A stretch of 64,000 bases of DNA from an uncultured delta proteobacterium. GTDB lineage: Bacteria; Desulfobacterota; Desulfuromonadia; Desulfuromonadales; BM103. The notes beneath the pieces are model-generated. The model saw only the letters and a list, made by a program, of their open reading frames with translations. It did not search any database and was not told where the DNA came from. The stretch spans positions 179,419 through 243,418 of the forward strand of contig CAWGUB010000018.1 in NCBI GenBank assembly GCA_963825575.1, given 5' to 3'. A program made the position numbers and the translations under genes. Shown piece after piece: positions 19,715-28,488 of this stretch (position 1 is its first letter; every line of letters starts with the position of its first letter).

Positions 19715-19984
19715 TTATTTGACAATTCTCAGATGTGACGGACCAGGTCCGTCGCCGTCAGGCTTGTCGGGTGGATCCCCTTCCGCAGCATCACGCAGAA
19801 CGGCCATGGTCGGCAAGGTCCCCGTGGCAACCATCTGTTGAATGCCGTTCGCCACGGACAGGCATTGCTTCGTACAAACCTTGCGCACCGGGCACATGGT
19901 GCAGTCAGCTTCTCCACCAGCGGCACGCAATGCATGAATCACCAGGTCAACACTTTCAATCTGGTTCAACGGGATTAGGAACAT
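19715..19984 (-). CDS. small Cys-containing hypothetical protein
   Basis: ORF 19715-19990. The ATG at 19984 has AGGAG 6 nt upstream. It contains a CTMCPVRKVCTKQC cluster and an acidic/Pro-rich tail. Confidence 0.45.
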   Translation of the reverse strand: MFLIPLNQIESVDLVIHALRAAGGEADCTMCPVRKVCTKQCLSVANGIQQMVATGTLPTMAVLRDAAEGDPPDKPDGDGPGPSHLRIVK

Positions 19985-20120
19985 ATCCACTCCTGATAAT
20001 TAACGCAAAGACGCGAAGGGAACAACAAAAGCGCAAAAGAAATGCCTATGGGTTTTCTTTGTGTGATTGCGTTTAAAATGTTTTTTCGCGCGACTCATCC
20101 CGCGCCACGCGTTCCTTGTC

Positions 20121-21140
20121 TTAAAGTTTTTTCCCCGCCACTTTGGCGAACTCGGCGAGTTTCACCATCATCTTCTGAAACTCGGCAGGACGCAGTGATT
20201 GCGGGCCATCACTTGCTGCGGTTTCCGGGTGGGGGTGGACTTCGACGATCAGGCCGTCGCAACCGGCAGCCACGGAAGCGTAGCACATACTCGGCACCAG
20301 AGAAGCGTGACCGGTCGCATGCGAAGGATCGATAATAATCGGCAAGTGGGTCTGCTCTTGCAGAACCGGAATTGCAGAGATATCCAGAGTGTTACGGGTC
20401 GCTGTTTCAAAGGTACGGATACCACGTTCGCAGAGGATCACCCGCTGGTTGCCTTCGGAGAGGATATACTCCGCGCTCATGAGGAATTCCTGGATGGTCG
20501 TCGCCATGCCTCTTTTGAGCAGAATCGGTTTGTCGAGCGTACCCAGCATTTTGAGCAGGGCAAAGTTCTGGGTATTACGCGCTCCGACCTGCATCACATC
20601 AGCATACTTTGCAACCAGATCGACATCCCGAGGGTTAACAACCTCAGTTACAATTGGCAACCCGGTCGCTTCGCGAGCCATAGCCAACAACTTGAGACCA
20701 TCTTCCTCCATGCCCTGAAAAGAGTAGGGACTGGAGCGCGGCTTGAATGCGCCACCGCGCAGAACTGTGGCTCCGGCGGCCTTAACGGCATGAGCCGTTT
20801 CAAGGATCTGTTCCTCGCTCTCCACCGAACAGGGCCCGGCCATGACAATAAGCCGATCACCACCAACCGCTATGCCGGGAGCAATTTCAACAGATGTTCG
20901 CTCCAGCTTGACTTCCTTGCTTGCCAACTTGTAAGGCTTGAGAATCGGCACCACATTTTCCACGCCTGGCATCGATTCGATTGATTGCAGGACCGCCTTG
21001 CCGCGCTCATCGCCAACTGCGCCAACCACGTTGCGGGTTTCGCCGTGGATAACGTGGGGTTTATAACCCAGGTCCTTGATGCGCTGTTTGACATCGGCCA
21101 GTTCATGTTTGCTGGCGCCTTTTTTCATTACAATAATCAT
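20121..21140 (-). CDS. aroF: 3-deoxy-7-phosphoheptulonate (DAHP) synthase, type I-beta with N-terminal ferredoxin-like regulatory domain
   Basis: 339 aa with a Thermotoga-type N-terminal domain ([21 protein letters not shown]). The core has [27 protein letters not shown] and [16 protein letters not shown] lies 7 nt upstream of the ATG. Confidence 0.9.
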   Translation of the reverse strand: MIIVMKKGASKHELADVKQRIKDLGYKPHVIHGETRNVVGAVGDERGKAVLQSIESMPGVENVVPILKPYKLASKEVKLERTSVEIAPGIAVGGDRLIVMAGPCSVESEEQILETAHAVKAAGATVLRGGAFKPRSSPYSFQGMEEDGLKLLAMAREATGLPIVTEVVNPRDVDLVAKYADVMQVGARNTQNFALLKMLGTLDKPILLKRGMATTIQEFLMSAEYILSEGNQRVILCERGIRTFETATRNTLDISAIPVLQEQTHLPIIIDPSHATGHASLVPSMCYASVAAGCDGLIVEVHPHPETAASDGPQSLRPAEFQKMMVKLAEFAKVAGKKL

Positions 21141-21225
21141 TGGATCGCTCCTTCAGGAAAGTTCCGGTCAAAGGTAAAGGCCGACAGGGCTAACCCGGCG
21201 GCCTTCTATCGTTTACTTCCCCGAA

Positions 21226-21270
21226 ACGAAAAAACCACCGGCGCCCCTGATCGAGCCTGCCCGTGGTTTC
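21226..21270 (-). terminator. terminator-like hairpin + T6 in the aroF 5' leader (candidate attenuator)
   Basis: The minus strand reads AAACCACGGGC-16 nt-GCCGGTGGTTT followed by TTTTTTCGTTTCGG. The stem is about 10 bp with one G-G mismatch. It lies between the leader ORF stop (21295) and the aroF start (21140). Confidence 0.5.
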
Positions 21271-21294
21271 GGTAGTTCTATCGACAGTTCATTG

Positions 21295-21381
21295 TCAACA
21301 GACTTCACCCCGGCCAGGCAGCCCAAAAAAACTGCTGAACCAAAAGGAAAAACCTGCAAACGACCAGCCTTGATATTTCAT
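21295..21381 (-). CDS. candidate aromatic-rich leader peptide MKYQGWSFAGFSFWFSSFFGLPGRGEVC
   Basis: The ATG at 21381 has GAAGGTGG 9 nt upstream. The 28 codons include 6 Phe, 2 Trp and 1 Tyr. It forms the 3' part of track ORF 21295-21654. Confidence 0.55.
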   Translation of the reverse strand: MKYQGWSFAGFSFWFSSFFGLPGRGEVC

Positions 21382-21471
21382 CCCGATGCCACCTTCATAA
21401 TATGTTACGGTGCTTCTTGGTATCAAAAAGCACAACGGAAAGCAAGCAAAGAATCGCCCACTGCTTTTTTC

Positions 21472-21500
21472 TTGACATAAACTGTGCTTTTCGTTACAAA
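21472..21500 (+). promoter_or_regulatory. candidate promoter for tRNA-Phe (TTGACA-N17-TACAAA)
   Basis: TTGACA at 21472-21477 and TACAAA at 21495-21500. The tRNA starts at 21511. Confidence 0.45.
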
Positions 21501-21510
21501 ACGTTCTTCC

Positions 21511-21586
<76 letters not shown>

Positions 21587-21596
21587 CTAGATAGAA

Positions 21597-21626
21597 GCCC
21601 CCACGATACCGACCGTGGGGGCTTTT
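21597..21626 (+). terminator. Rho-independent terminator after tRNA-Phe
   Basis: GCCCCCACG-ATACCGA-CGTGGGGGC followed by TTTTT. Confidence 0.75.
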
Positions 21627-21999
21627 TCTTTGCCATTTTACCGGCCTTTTTCACCTGTAAAATTCTCCGCCGCTTTTACCGTTTATGGTATTTATTGCAT
21701 AAGATGCTGGTAATTAAGGGTTTTTATGTTGCGCGTCATTGTCAGTTTTTTTATGATCAACCATGCCATACTGCTCTCCATGGCGCCCATCCGAGGCATA
21801 TTCGGACACACCAGGCGACCGCGGCCAAAGCAGATCGATCTTTTCGGGCCACTGTATTCACGGCCCTGATAATAGTGCGCCAGGAAGCTTTGCCAGCCCG
21901 GCAACCCCCCTGGTGAATTAGCTTCATCGTCATCCCTTGTCGGGGCTTCGGTCTCTGTTTCGGTGCCCCAACCAAGCCTGCGCTGGAGAGGAGGTCATT

Positions 22000-22263
22000 A
22001 TGGCACTGGTACTCTGTCCGGAATGTGGAGAAGAAACCCTCGATCGACTGACGAATTGTCCGCTTTGTGACAAGCCTCTAGCAGAGGAACGACAGCAGGC
22101 CAGCGAAGCGACCAAGCTCCTGATATATGGAGTATTGTTCCTGTGCGGCCTGACTGCGGCGACGCTCTGCAACGCCCTGGGTTACACGAGAATGGCCATC
22201 AGCCTCAGCATCGTCGGAATTGCCAGCATTGTGGTGGTGATCCTGAAGTTAGGCAAGAACTGA
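22000..22263 (+). CDS. small zinc-ribbon membrane protein (CPxCG...CPLC, two TM helices)
   Basis: Part of ORF 21937-22263. The ATG at 22000 is preceded by GGAGAGGAGG. The product starts MALVLCPECGEE...NCPLCDK and continues with hydrophobic segments. Confidence 0.55.
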   Translation: MALVLCPECGEETLDRLTNCPLCDKPLAEERQQASEATKLLIYGVLFLCGLTAATLCNALGYTRMAISLSIVGIASIVVVILKLGKN

Positions 22264-22326
22264 CGACAGCGGCAAAAACGTTCGAGAAGCATAGCCCAAA
22301 GATTGTCCCGGCCCTGTTAACTAAAC

Positions 22327-22359
22327 AAGCGGACACCTCTGCGAAAGAAGTGTCCGCTT
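22327..22359. terminator. hairpin between convergent genes (probable bidirectional terminator)
   Basis: AAGCGGACAC-13 nt-GTGTCCGCTT forms a 10-bp stem. The T-rich tails are only modest. Confidence 0.5.
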
Positions 22360-22390
22360 AACTGTTTGCGATCGTAAATTCGCCGCCAAG

Positions 22391-22960
22391 CTATGTGTGC
22401 TTGAATTCCACCTTGACGTCCTGCCGGTGTTCCGGATCAATTTGCCACAGGGTTCGCTTGGCAAAGTTGAAGAGTTGGGCAACGATCACATCGGGGAACT
22501 GTTCGACCCGGATATTATATAGATTGACCGACTCGTTGAGGAATTCACGGCGGTCCGCGATCTGATCTTCAAGTTCGGTAATCCGGTATCCGAGCTGCTG
22601 GAAAGACTTGTCCGCCTTGAGATCCGGATATCGTTCAACCACCATGAACAACGATTTAAGGGTATCGGTCAGCATGTTCTGGGCCTGGACTTTCTGTTCA
22701 TCGGTCTGGGCCTGGTTGGCCATGGAGCGGGCCTTGATGACGGCCTCCAGGGTCTTCTGCTCGTGTTGCATGTACCCCTCGCAGACCTTGATCAGTTTGG
22801 GTAGTTCGTCGTAACGCTGCTTGAGCAGGACATCAATATTGCTCCAGTTCCGCTCGATGTTGTTCTTCAGAGCCACAAAACCATTGTAGATCGTGATGAC
22901 GTAGACAACCAACGCAGCAAGGATAAAAACCAGGGCGCCGAGAACTATCCAACCTGTCAT
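22391..22960 (-). CDS. lemA: LemA family protein
   Basis: ORF 22391-23035; the likely start is the ATG at 22960 (MTGWIVLGALVF... TM anchor). It has the typical LemA core NNIERNWSNIDVLLKQRYDELPKL. Confidence 0.85.
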   Translation of the reverse strand: MTGWIVLGALVFILAALVVYVITIYNGFVALKNNIERNWSNIDVLLKQRYDELPKLIKVCEGYMQHEQKTLEAVIKARSMANQAQTDEQKVQAQNMLTDTLKSLFMVVERYPDLKADKSFQQLGYRITELEDQIADRREFLNESVNLYNIRVEQFPDVIVAQLFNFAKRTLWQIDPEHRQDVKVEFKHT

Positions 22961-22985
22961 GTTGATACCTCCAAACGTTGCAATG

Positions 22986-24791
22986 TTAAACGCCGATAAA
23001 CTCCAGGAAACAGTAAAGGGCCAGGCCGGCGACACAGAGTCCTGCCAGCAGAAGGGGAATACTGGCCAGCCAGTAGTTGCGGGTCAGATTTGCTTCGCTA
23101 AGGGTTTCGGCGACAACAAAAGGTATGCCGCGCTGTGGCGCCCGGGTGATAATGACATGGCTCGCAAGGCGCCTGCCACCGGCCCCTTCTGCCAGGTGCT
23201 CCCTGAGGGCCTTCTGCTCCGCATCGCTTCTGGCGACATCCCACTCACCGTCATTGATCCGACCGTCTCCGTCTGTATCGTAGCGGTGTAAAGCGTGACG
23301 GTCAAGCTTGAGATCACGCAATGTTTCCGTGGTCCGCTCTCGCAGGCTTTTCCGCTGTTGCCGCATCGGCCGGGCGAAACCGAGGACATAGACTGTCGTC
23401 CCCTCGTAAATCACATTCTCGACCCATTTTTCACTGATGTCGTCCTCGCTCAGGCTGACCCCGTGAAAAGCCAGCGTCGCCTCTCCCGGAATCCCCGAGT
23501 GACTGATCCTGGCTTTGACGTTTGCCTGCATGGGATCAACGGTGATCACCCCGGTGCCGTCATCAACCAGGAAAGGGACATGATTACTGTTTATGTCGCT
23601 GGTCAGCTTCCATTGGTTGCGACTGTCTTTCCTGTACTTGCGAACCCGGTAATAAATACAGGGAGACTCGCTCATTGGTGAAACCAGGGCGTACTTGCGA
23701 AGGCCCCGGCCATGCACTTCCACCAATCCCATGGCAATCGAACGAATCCGACTGGTAGGGGTGTTCTCGATTTTGCGTTTGAGGCGGATGAAATAGAATC
23801 CCGCCCAGAACAACCCAAAAGAAGCCATGGCAGGCACAAGTCCGGCCTTCGTCGCGTAACGCCCCGCTGCGCGTAACATCTCCATATTACCCACATCAAG
23901 TAAAGTGAACGATGCGGCAAACAGGGCAGTTCCGAGCATGGAGGCAAACATGCCTGTCGTCAGTTTTTTTGCCGGACGATCAGGCGGCGAAGGCAGCCAC
24001 TGTTCGGCAGATGCCTCATCTTCCCTCTCCTCCGGCTGCGCTACGGCAGCCTTGATCTCCTCGACAACTTCACCCAACCCGGGAACCGCTTGCGCATCTG
24101 CCGAAGCGATTGCGGCGGCCAGGGCCGGCTGGCCGACGGCAACGGCGACAGCGGCCAGAGCCGGGTCGATATCATCCCTTGCCTTTTCGGAGCGGTCCTG
24201 TTCAAGGTCGCACATCAACCAGCCGTACCGGGTCATCCGTTGCAGGATCTTATCCTGAGCGAGGAACTGTCCGTCAAGGCTTTTAATCTGACAATCCGGG
24301 ATACGGCCGAGGCCAAAATCCGTATGCAGAGAGAAACGGCCAGCGTACTCCTCTGCCAGTTTAACGATCGCCTTAAGATTGCGCGTTGCACTCAAAGTCA
24401 TTCTATCGCCCAACCCCTTGGCGTTAAACCGGGCCGGGAAAACCCGTACGACATCTCCAGGCTGCGCCTGGGCATCGAGGAGATACAAGTCGAGCACAGG
24501 TGTTCCTTTGAGGACGGAGTCGAGCATTTTTTCATCGGCCATGGCCGTGACATGCCTGGCATCCTTGTATCGCCTCTGTATCGTATGTCGTCTGAGAGTA
24601 CGCTCTTCGAGCTTTCCGGAGACATCGGCCAGAACGGCGACAATCGATGCTCCGCGCGATAAACCAACGGTCTTCTCACGGCAGACCAACTCGACCACGT
24701 CTGACTTGACAACCAGTTCACGCAATCTCAAGGGGGGCGATATCTCCTCGGTCCGTTGAATCACCCAGCATTCATAACCGTTGCTGCGCAA
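22986..24791 (-). CDS. membrane protein with C-terminal GIDE domain plus EF-hand loop and a ~270-aa N-terminal domain of unknown function
   Basis: 601-codon ORF with a TTG start. The GIDE-like core is GLVEVHGRG...SPMSESPCIYYRV...VPFLVDDGTGVITVDP and the EF-hand loop is DTDGDGRINDGE. TM segments flank the GIDE domain. The 5' end may extend to about 24988 through a frameshift (see findings). Confidence 0.65.
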   Translation of the reverse strand: MRSNGYECWVIQRTEEISPPLRLRELVVKSDVVELVCREKTVGLSRGASIVAVLADVSGKLEERTLRRHTIQRRYKDARHVTAMADEKMLDSVLKGTPVLDLYLLDAQAQPGDVVRVFPARFNAKGLGDRMTLSATRNLKAIVKLAEEYAGRFSLHTDFGLGRIPDCQIKSLDGQFLAQDKILQRMTRYGWLMCDLEQDRSEKARDDIDPALAAVAVAVGQPALAAAIASADAQAVPGLGEVVEEIKAAVAQPEEREDEASAEQWLPSPPDRPAKKLTTGMFASMLGTALFAASFTLLDVGNMEMLRAAGRYATKAGLVPAMASFGLFWAGFYFIRLKRKIENTPTSRIRSIAMGLVEVHGRGLRKYALVSPMSESPCIYYRVRKYRKDSRNQWKLTSDINSNHVPFLVDDGTGVITVDPMQANVKARISHSGIPGEATLAFHGVSLSEDDISEKWVENVIYEGTTVYVLGFARPMRQQRKSLRERTTETLRDLKLDRHALHRYDTDGDGRINDGEWDVARSDAEQKALREHLAEGAGGRRLASHVIITRAPQRGIPFVVAETLSEANLTRNYWLASIPLLLAGLCVAGLALYCFLEFIGV

Positions 24792-25065
24792 CAGTTCGGC
24801 AAGCGCTCTGTTTTCTCGCGGCTGCCCAATCCGAACAGAGCCTTGCCGGAACCGGTCAAGCGGGTTCTGGCTGCGTAGGCGTCCAGGCCATAATCACTCA
24901 TCAAAACACGCAGGAGGTTTTCCAGGCCGGGCTTGGATGCCGGCCTCTGGGAGGCAATCAGTTGGCAGGTTTTTGATTCTTCGGCCATAGGAGAAGTGTC
25001 GGGCAAAAGGCTTTGTCTCTGCAAGAGGCAATCTCAGCTTATGCTATCGGGATTTTCACATGGAA

Positions 25066-26208
25066 TCAACGGCCCAGCTTTTCGCAGGCCTTTCGATGGG
25101 CGCCATGCACAGGCAAAGCAGCCAATTCATCGTCTCCGAACCAGGTGAAACCGCTACTTTCAGCAATCAGACCAGGGGGGTCAACAGCGACCATATAAAC
25201 GGCCAATTCCAGCTTGAAGTGACTGTATGCATGGCGAACATCGCAAAGCCTGCCGGGAACGCCTTGCCAACCCAGGTCAGCGAGCAAACGAGATGCGACC
25301 TGATCCGGGGACAGGTTATCTGGCATGTCCGCTGATGGAAGCTCCCAAAGCCCTCCAAGGAAACCCTCGGCAGGGCGCTGTCTCAGCATCACGTTGTGTT
25401 CTCTTTTGATGATCAGGGCAACCTGTCGACGAACCGGGACCTGCACCCGCTTGCGCGGCGAGGGCAGCGCTGTCGCCAGGCCTCTTGCACAGGCCAGGCA
25501 GATTTTTCGCAAAGGGCAGATTTCACAATCAGGGCCGCGAGGCGTACAAACTGTCGCGCCCAAATCCATGATGGCCTGGGCGTAGTCGTGCGGCCTGTCC
25601 CGGGGAGTCAGGGCTTCAGCCCAAGCCCAGAGTTGTTTTTCCGCGCTCTTGCCGCGCGGATCGTCCATCCAGGCAAAGAGACGAACCAGTACCCGCCGGA
25701 CATTGCCATCGAGAATCGGTACCGGCTGAGCAAAAGCAATGGAAAGGATGGCGCCGGCCGTGGAACGCCCGATGCCCGGTAACGCGACCAGCCCATCGAG
25801 GGAATTCGGCAAAACCCCTCCGGAGTCCGCGACAATCTTTCCGGCGGCGCTGTGCAGGTTACGGGCCCTCGAATAATAGCCCAGCCCAGCCCACAGGGTG
25901 ATGACATCATTCAGAGGCGCCAAAGCTAGACTTTCTACGGTCGGGAACTGTTGGATAAAACGCTTGTAGTAAGGGATGACGGCAGCAACCGTGGTCTGCT
26001 GCAGCATTATCTCGGAGATCCAGATACGGTAAGGGTCGCGGGTTTGCCGCCACGGCAGATCACGCCCTGCTCTGCCGTACCAGGCAAGCAGCCGCCGGGA
26101 AACTTCGGCAGGATCAAAAGGCAGAGCCTGGTCAGGGGCAAGAGGTGAGAGGCGAGAGGACGCCGCCTCTTTCCTCTGACCACTTTCCTCTTTCCTGCTT
26201 CTGGTCAA
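25066..26208 (-). CDS. mutY: A/G-specific adenine DNA glycosylase
   Basis: It has [33 protein letters not shown], the HhH-GPD region, a 4-Cys cluster ([17 protein letters not shown]) and a C-terminal NUDIX-like domain. The start is uncertain: it is a TTG at 26208 and the first ~25 codons lie in a repeat. Confidence 0.85.
   Translation of the reverse strand: MTRSRKEESGQRKEAASSRLSPLAPDQALPFDPAEVSRRLLAWYGRAGRDLPWRQTRDPYRIWISEIMLQQTTVAAVIPYYKRFIQQFPTVESLALAPLNDVITLWAGLGYYSRARNLHSAAGKIVADSGGVLPNSLDGLVALPGIGRSTAGAILSIAFAQPVPILDGNVRRVLVRLFAWMDDPRGKSAEKQLWAWAEALTPRDRPHDYAQAIMDLGATVCTPRGPDCEICPLRKICLACARGLATALPSPRKRVQVPVRRQVALIIKREHNVMLRQRPAEGFLGGLWELPSADMPDNLSPDQVASRLLADLGWQGVPGRLCDVRHAYSHFKLELAVYMVAVDPPGLIAESSGFTWFGDDELAALPVHGAHRKACEKLGR
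26135..26197. repeat. purine-tract/pyrimidine-tract hairpin repeat (family with 28416-28486)
   Basis: GGGGCAAGAGGTGAGAGGCGAGAGGA-CGCCGCC-TCTTTCCTCTGACCACTTTCCTCTTTCC. The right half matches the reverse complement of 28420-28447 at about 21/25 positions. Confidence 0.7.
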
Positions 26209-27248
26209 CCTATCTCCCGCAGCGCTGTCAAAGTCTTTTCCATTTCTTCACGAGTCCCGATGGAAATGCGCAAGCCATGCGCCAGGGCCGGGTCACTAAA
26301 ATAACGGACCAGGATCTTGCGCTGGTAAAGAGCATCATAAACCCGCTGGCCATGTCGATCAGGGGGGCTGGTGAAAAGGTAGTTCGCGCTGGAGGGCAGC
26401 ACAGCATAGCCAAGCTTGGTCAGCTCATCCTTGAACCAGTCACGGGTGGCGCAGATGCGCGCAACACACTCCTTGAAATACTCCTGGTCTCTGAGTGCGG
26501 CAACCACGGCCACCTGGGCCAGACGGTCAAGGTTATAGTGGTCGCGGATCTTGTCGAGCGCTGCGATGACCTCCGGTCTGGCGATCGCCAGGCCGAGCCG
26601 CATCCCCGCGAGAGAGTAACTCTTGGAGAGAGTCCTGACCACCACGACATTCTGCTTCTCTTTCACCAGGGCAAGGCAGTTGCTCGCTGAAAAGTCTGCA
26701 TAAGCTTCATCGACCACCAGTAGGCCGTCGCAGCGGTCCGCCAGGGCAGCAACTTCGGCAGGAGACCAGGTCAGGCCAAGGGGCGCGTTCGGACTGGTGA
26801 GAAAGAACAGCGGGCCCGGATATCGCGCAGGGAGCCCGATGATCTCTTTCTCTTCGGTCAGTCGGAAGGTTTTGACAACTGTATCCTGCACCCGGGCCAA
26901 AGTCGCATAGTAGGAGTAGGACGGGTGCAGGTAGGCAACCTCCTGACCTTCGCCGACACAAGCCCTGATCAGGTTGTTGAGGAGCTCATCGGAGCCATTG
27001 GCCATGATCACCCAGTCAACCGGGTAGCCATACAGCTCCGCAGCGGCCTTGCGCCCATCCCGGCAGGCAGCGTCCGGGTATTTACGCAGGTCATCACCGG
27101 TCGCCTGCCGGATCGCCTCGATCACCTGCGGTGACGGTGGGTACGGGTTCTCGTTGGTGTTGAGTTTGACCCATCCTGCCTCGTCGGGCGGCTGGAAGCC
27201 GGGCACGTAACCGGCCATATCGGCGATGTTTTTACGAATGTAAGACAT
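26205..27248 (-). CDS. hisC: histidinol-phosphate aminotransferase
   Basis: 347 aa with [26 protein letters not shown] and [14 protein letters not shown] (PLP Lys). Confidence 0.9.
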   Translation of the reverse strand: MSYIRKNIADMAGYVPGFQPPDEAGWVKLNTNENPYPPSPQVIEAIRQATGDDLRKYPDAACRDGRKAAAELYGYPVDWVIMANGSDELLNNLIRACVGEGQEVAYLHPSYSYYATLARVQDTVVKTFRLTEEKEIIGLPARYPGPLFFLTSPNAPLGLTWSPAEVAALADRCDGLLVVDEAYADFSASNCLALVKEKQNVVVVRTLSKSYSLAGMRLGLAIARPEVIAALDKIRDHYNLDRLAQVAVVAALRDQEYFKECVARICATRDWFKDELTKLGYAVLPSSANYLFTSPPDRHGQRVYDALYQRKILVRYFSDPALAHGLRISIGTREEMEKTLTALREIG

Positions 27249-27263
27249 GTGGCCTTCCTTTCA

Positions 27264-27337
27264 GCCGCCAAGACACCAAGACACAAAAACAACTCCATAA
27301 ACCCGATCTTCTCTTCGTGCCTTCGTGACTTTGTGGC
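27264..27337. repeat. imperfect long hairpin made of CCAAGACA-type words
   Basis: GCCGCCAAGACACCAAGACACA can pair at about 16/22 positions with TCTTCGTGCCTTCGTGACTTTGTGGC. It fills the mqnC-hisC gap. Confidence 0.55.
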
Positions 27338-28404
27338 TAATACATTTCCAGGGTGGCATAAGTCGTCGTTCGCCGCACCGGCTGGAACCCGGCAGTTCTG
27401 GCGAGTTCGATGATCTCATCCTGAGACATGCGGAAATCAACCCCGGCGGCGGCAACAACATTCTCCTCCAGCATCGTCCCCCCCAGGTCGTTGGCACCAA
27501 AATACAAGGCGATCTGCGCCATGCGCGCCCCCTGGGTGACCCAGCTGGCCTGGATGTTCGGTACATTGTCGAGAATCACCCTTGAGAGTGCAAGCACTTT
27601 CAGATATTCGACACCGCTCGCCTGCTCGCCACCCAACGCGGTGTTACCTGGCTGATAACTCCAGGGGATAAAGGCTGTGAAACCGCTCTTTTCGTTTTGC
27701 AGATCACGCACACGGAAAAGATGCTCGACGATGTCTTCGGGCTTCTCCCCGGCACCGAACATCATGGTTGCCGTGGTCGGCATTCCCAGGTGATGAGCCT
27801 CTCGCATCACGTCGGCCCACTCCTGCCAGCCGATCTTGTTCGGCGAAATCTGCTGGCGCACCTCATCCACCAGAATCTCCGCACCCCCACCAGGCAGTGA
27901 CTGCAACCCTGCCCGATGCAGACGGCCCAGACATTCCACCATTGAGATGTTCGAAAGTTTGGCAATATGTACAATCTCGGCAGGGGACAGGGAGTGAATC
28001 TGTACTGCCGGGAAACGCTGCCTCAACTGGCGAAAAAGCTCCTCGAACCAGTCGATCTGCAAATCCGGGTGGAGGCCACCCTGCATCAGCAGCTGCGTCC
28101 CACCGTGTTCAACCAACTCCTGGACCTTGCTGAAAATCTCCGCGTAGCCAAGGACATAAGCCTCCAGATGGGCTTCATCACGGTAAAATGCGCAAAATCT
28201 GCATTGTGTGGTGCAGATGTTGGTGTAGTTGACGTTGCGGTCGACAACAAACGAGACCCGCCGACCGGGATGTATCTGACACCGCAAATTGTCGGCCAGC
28301 CTCCCCAGTCCAAGCAGATCGGCTTCAGTCAGCAGCCAAAGGGCTTCCGCTCTGTCGAGAGGCGTTGCAGATGCGAGTTTTTGCGTAATCGTATTCAGCA
28401 TCAT
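27337..28404 (-). CDS. mqnC: radical-SAM cyclic dehypoxanthinyl futalosine synthase
   Basis: 355 aa with VDRNVNYTNICTTQCRFCAFYR (CxxxCxxC). The MqnC versus MqnE assignment rests on remembered motif and length differences only. Confidence 0.6.
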   Translation of the reverse strand: MMLNTITQKLASATPLDRAEALWLLTEADLLGLGRLADNLRCQIHPGRRVSFVVDRNVNYTNICTTQCRFCAFYRDEAHLEAYVLGYAEIFSKVQELVEHGGTQLLMQGGLHPDLQIDWFEELFRQLRQRFPAVQIHSLSPAEIVHIAKLSNISMVECLGRLHRAGLQSLPGGGAEILVDEVRQQISPNKIGWQEWADVMREAHHLGMPTTATMMFGAGEKPEDIVEHLFRVRDLQNEKSGFTAFIPWSYQPGNTALGGEQASGVEYLKVLALSRVILDNVPNIQASWVTQGARMAQIALYFGANDLGGTMLEENVVAAAGVDFRMSQDEIIELARTAGFQPVRRTTTYATLEMY

Positions 28405-28415
28405 CGAGCCAAATC

Positions 28416-28486
28416 GGAGGTGGGAGGAAAGAGGTCAGTGGAAAGAAAATCTCTCCCCTTCTTTCCACTTTCTTCTTACCCCTTTG
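28416..28486. repeat. purine-tract/pyrimidine-tract hairpin repeat (family with 26135-26197)
   Basis: GGAGGTGGGAGGAAAGAGGTCAGTGGAAAGAA-AATCTCTCCCC-TTCTTTCCACTTTCTTCTTACCCC. The core stem is GTGGAAAGAA (28438-28447) with TTCTTTCCAC (28459-28468). Confidence 0.7.
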
Positions 28487-28488
28487 CT

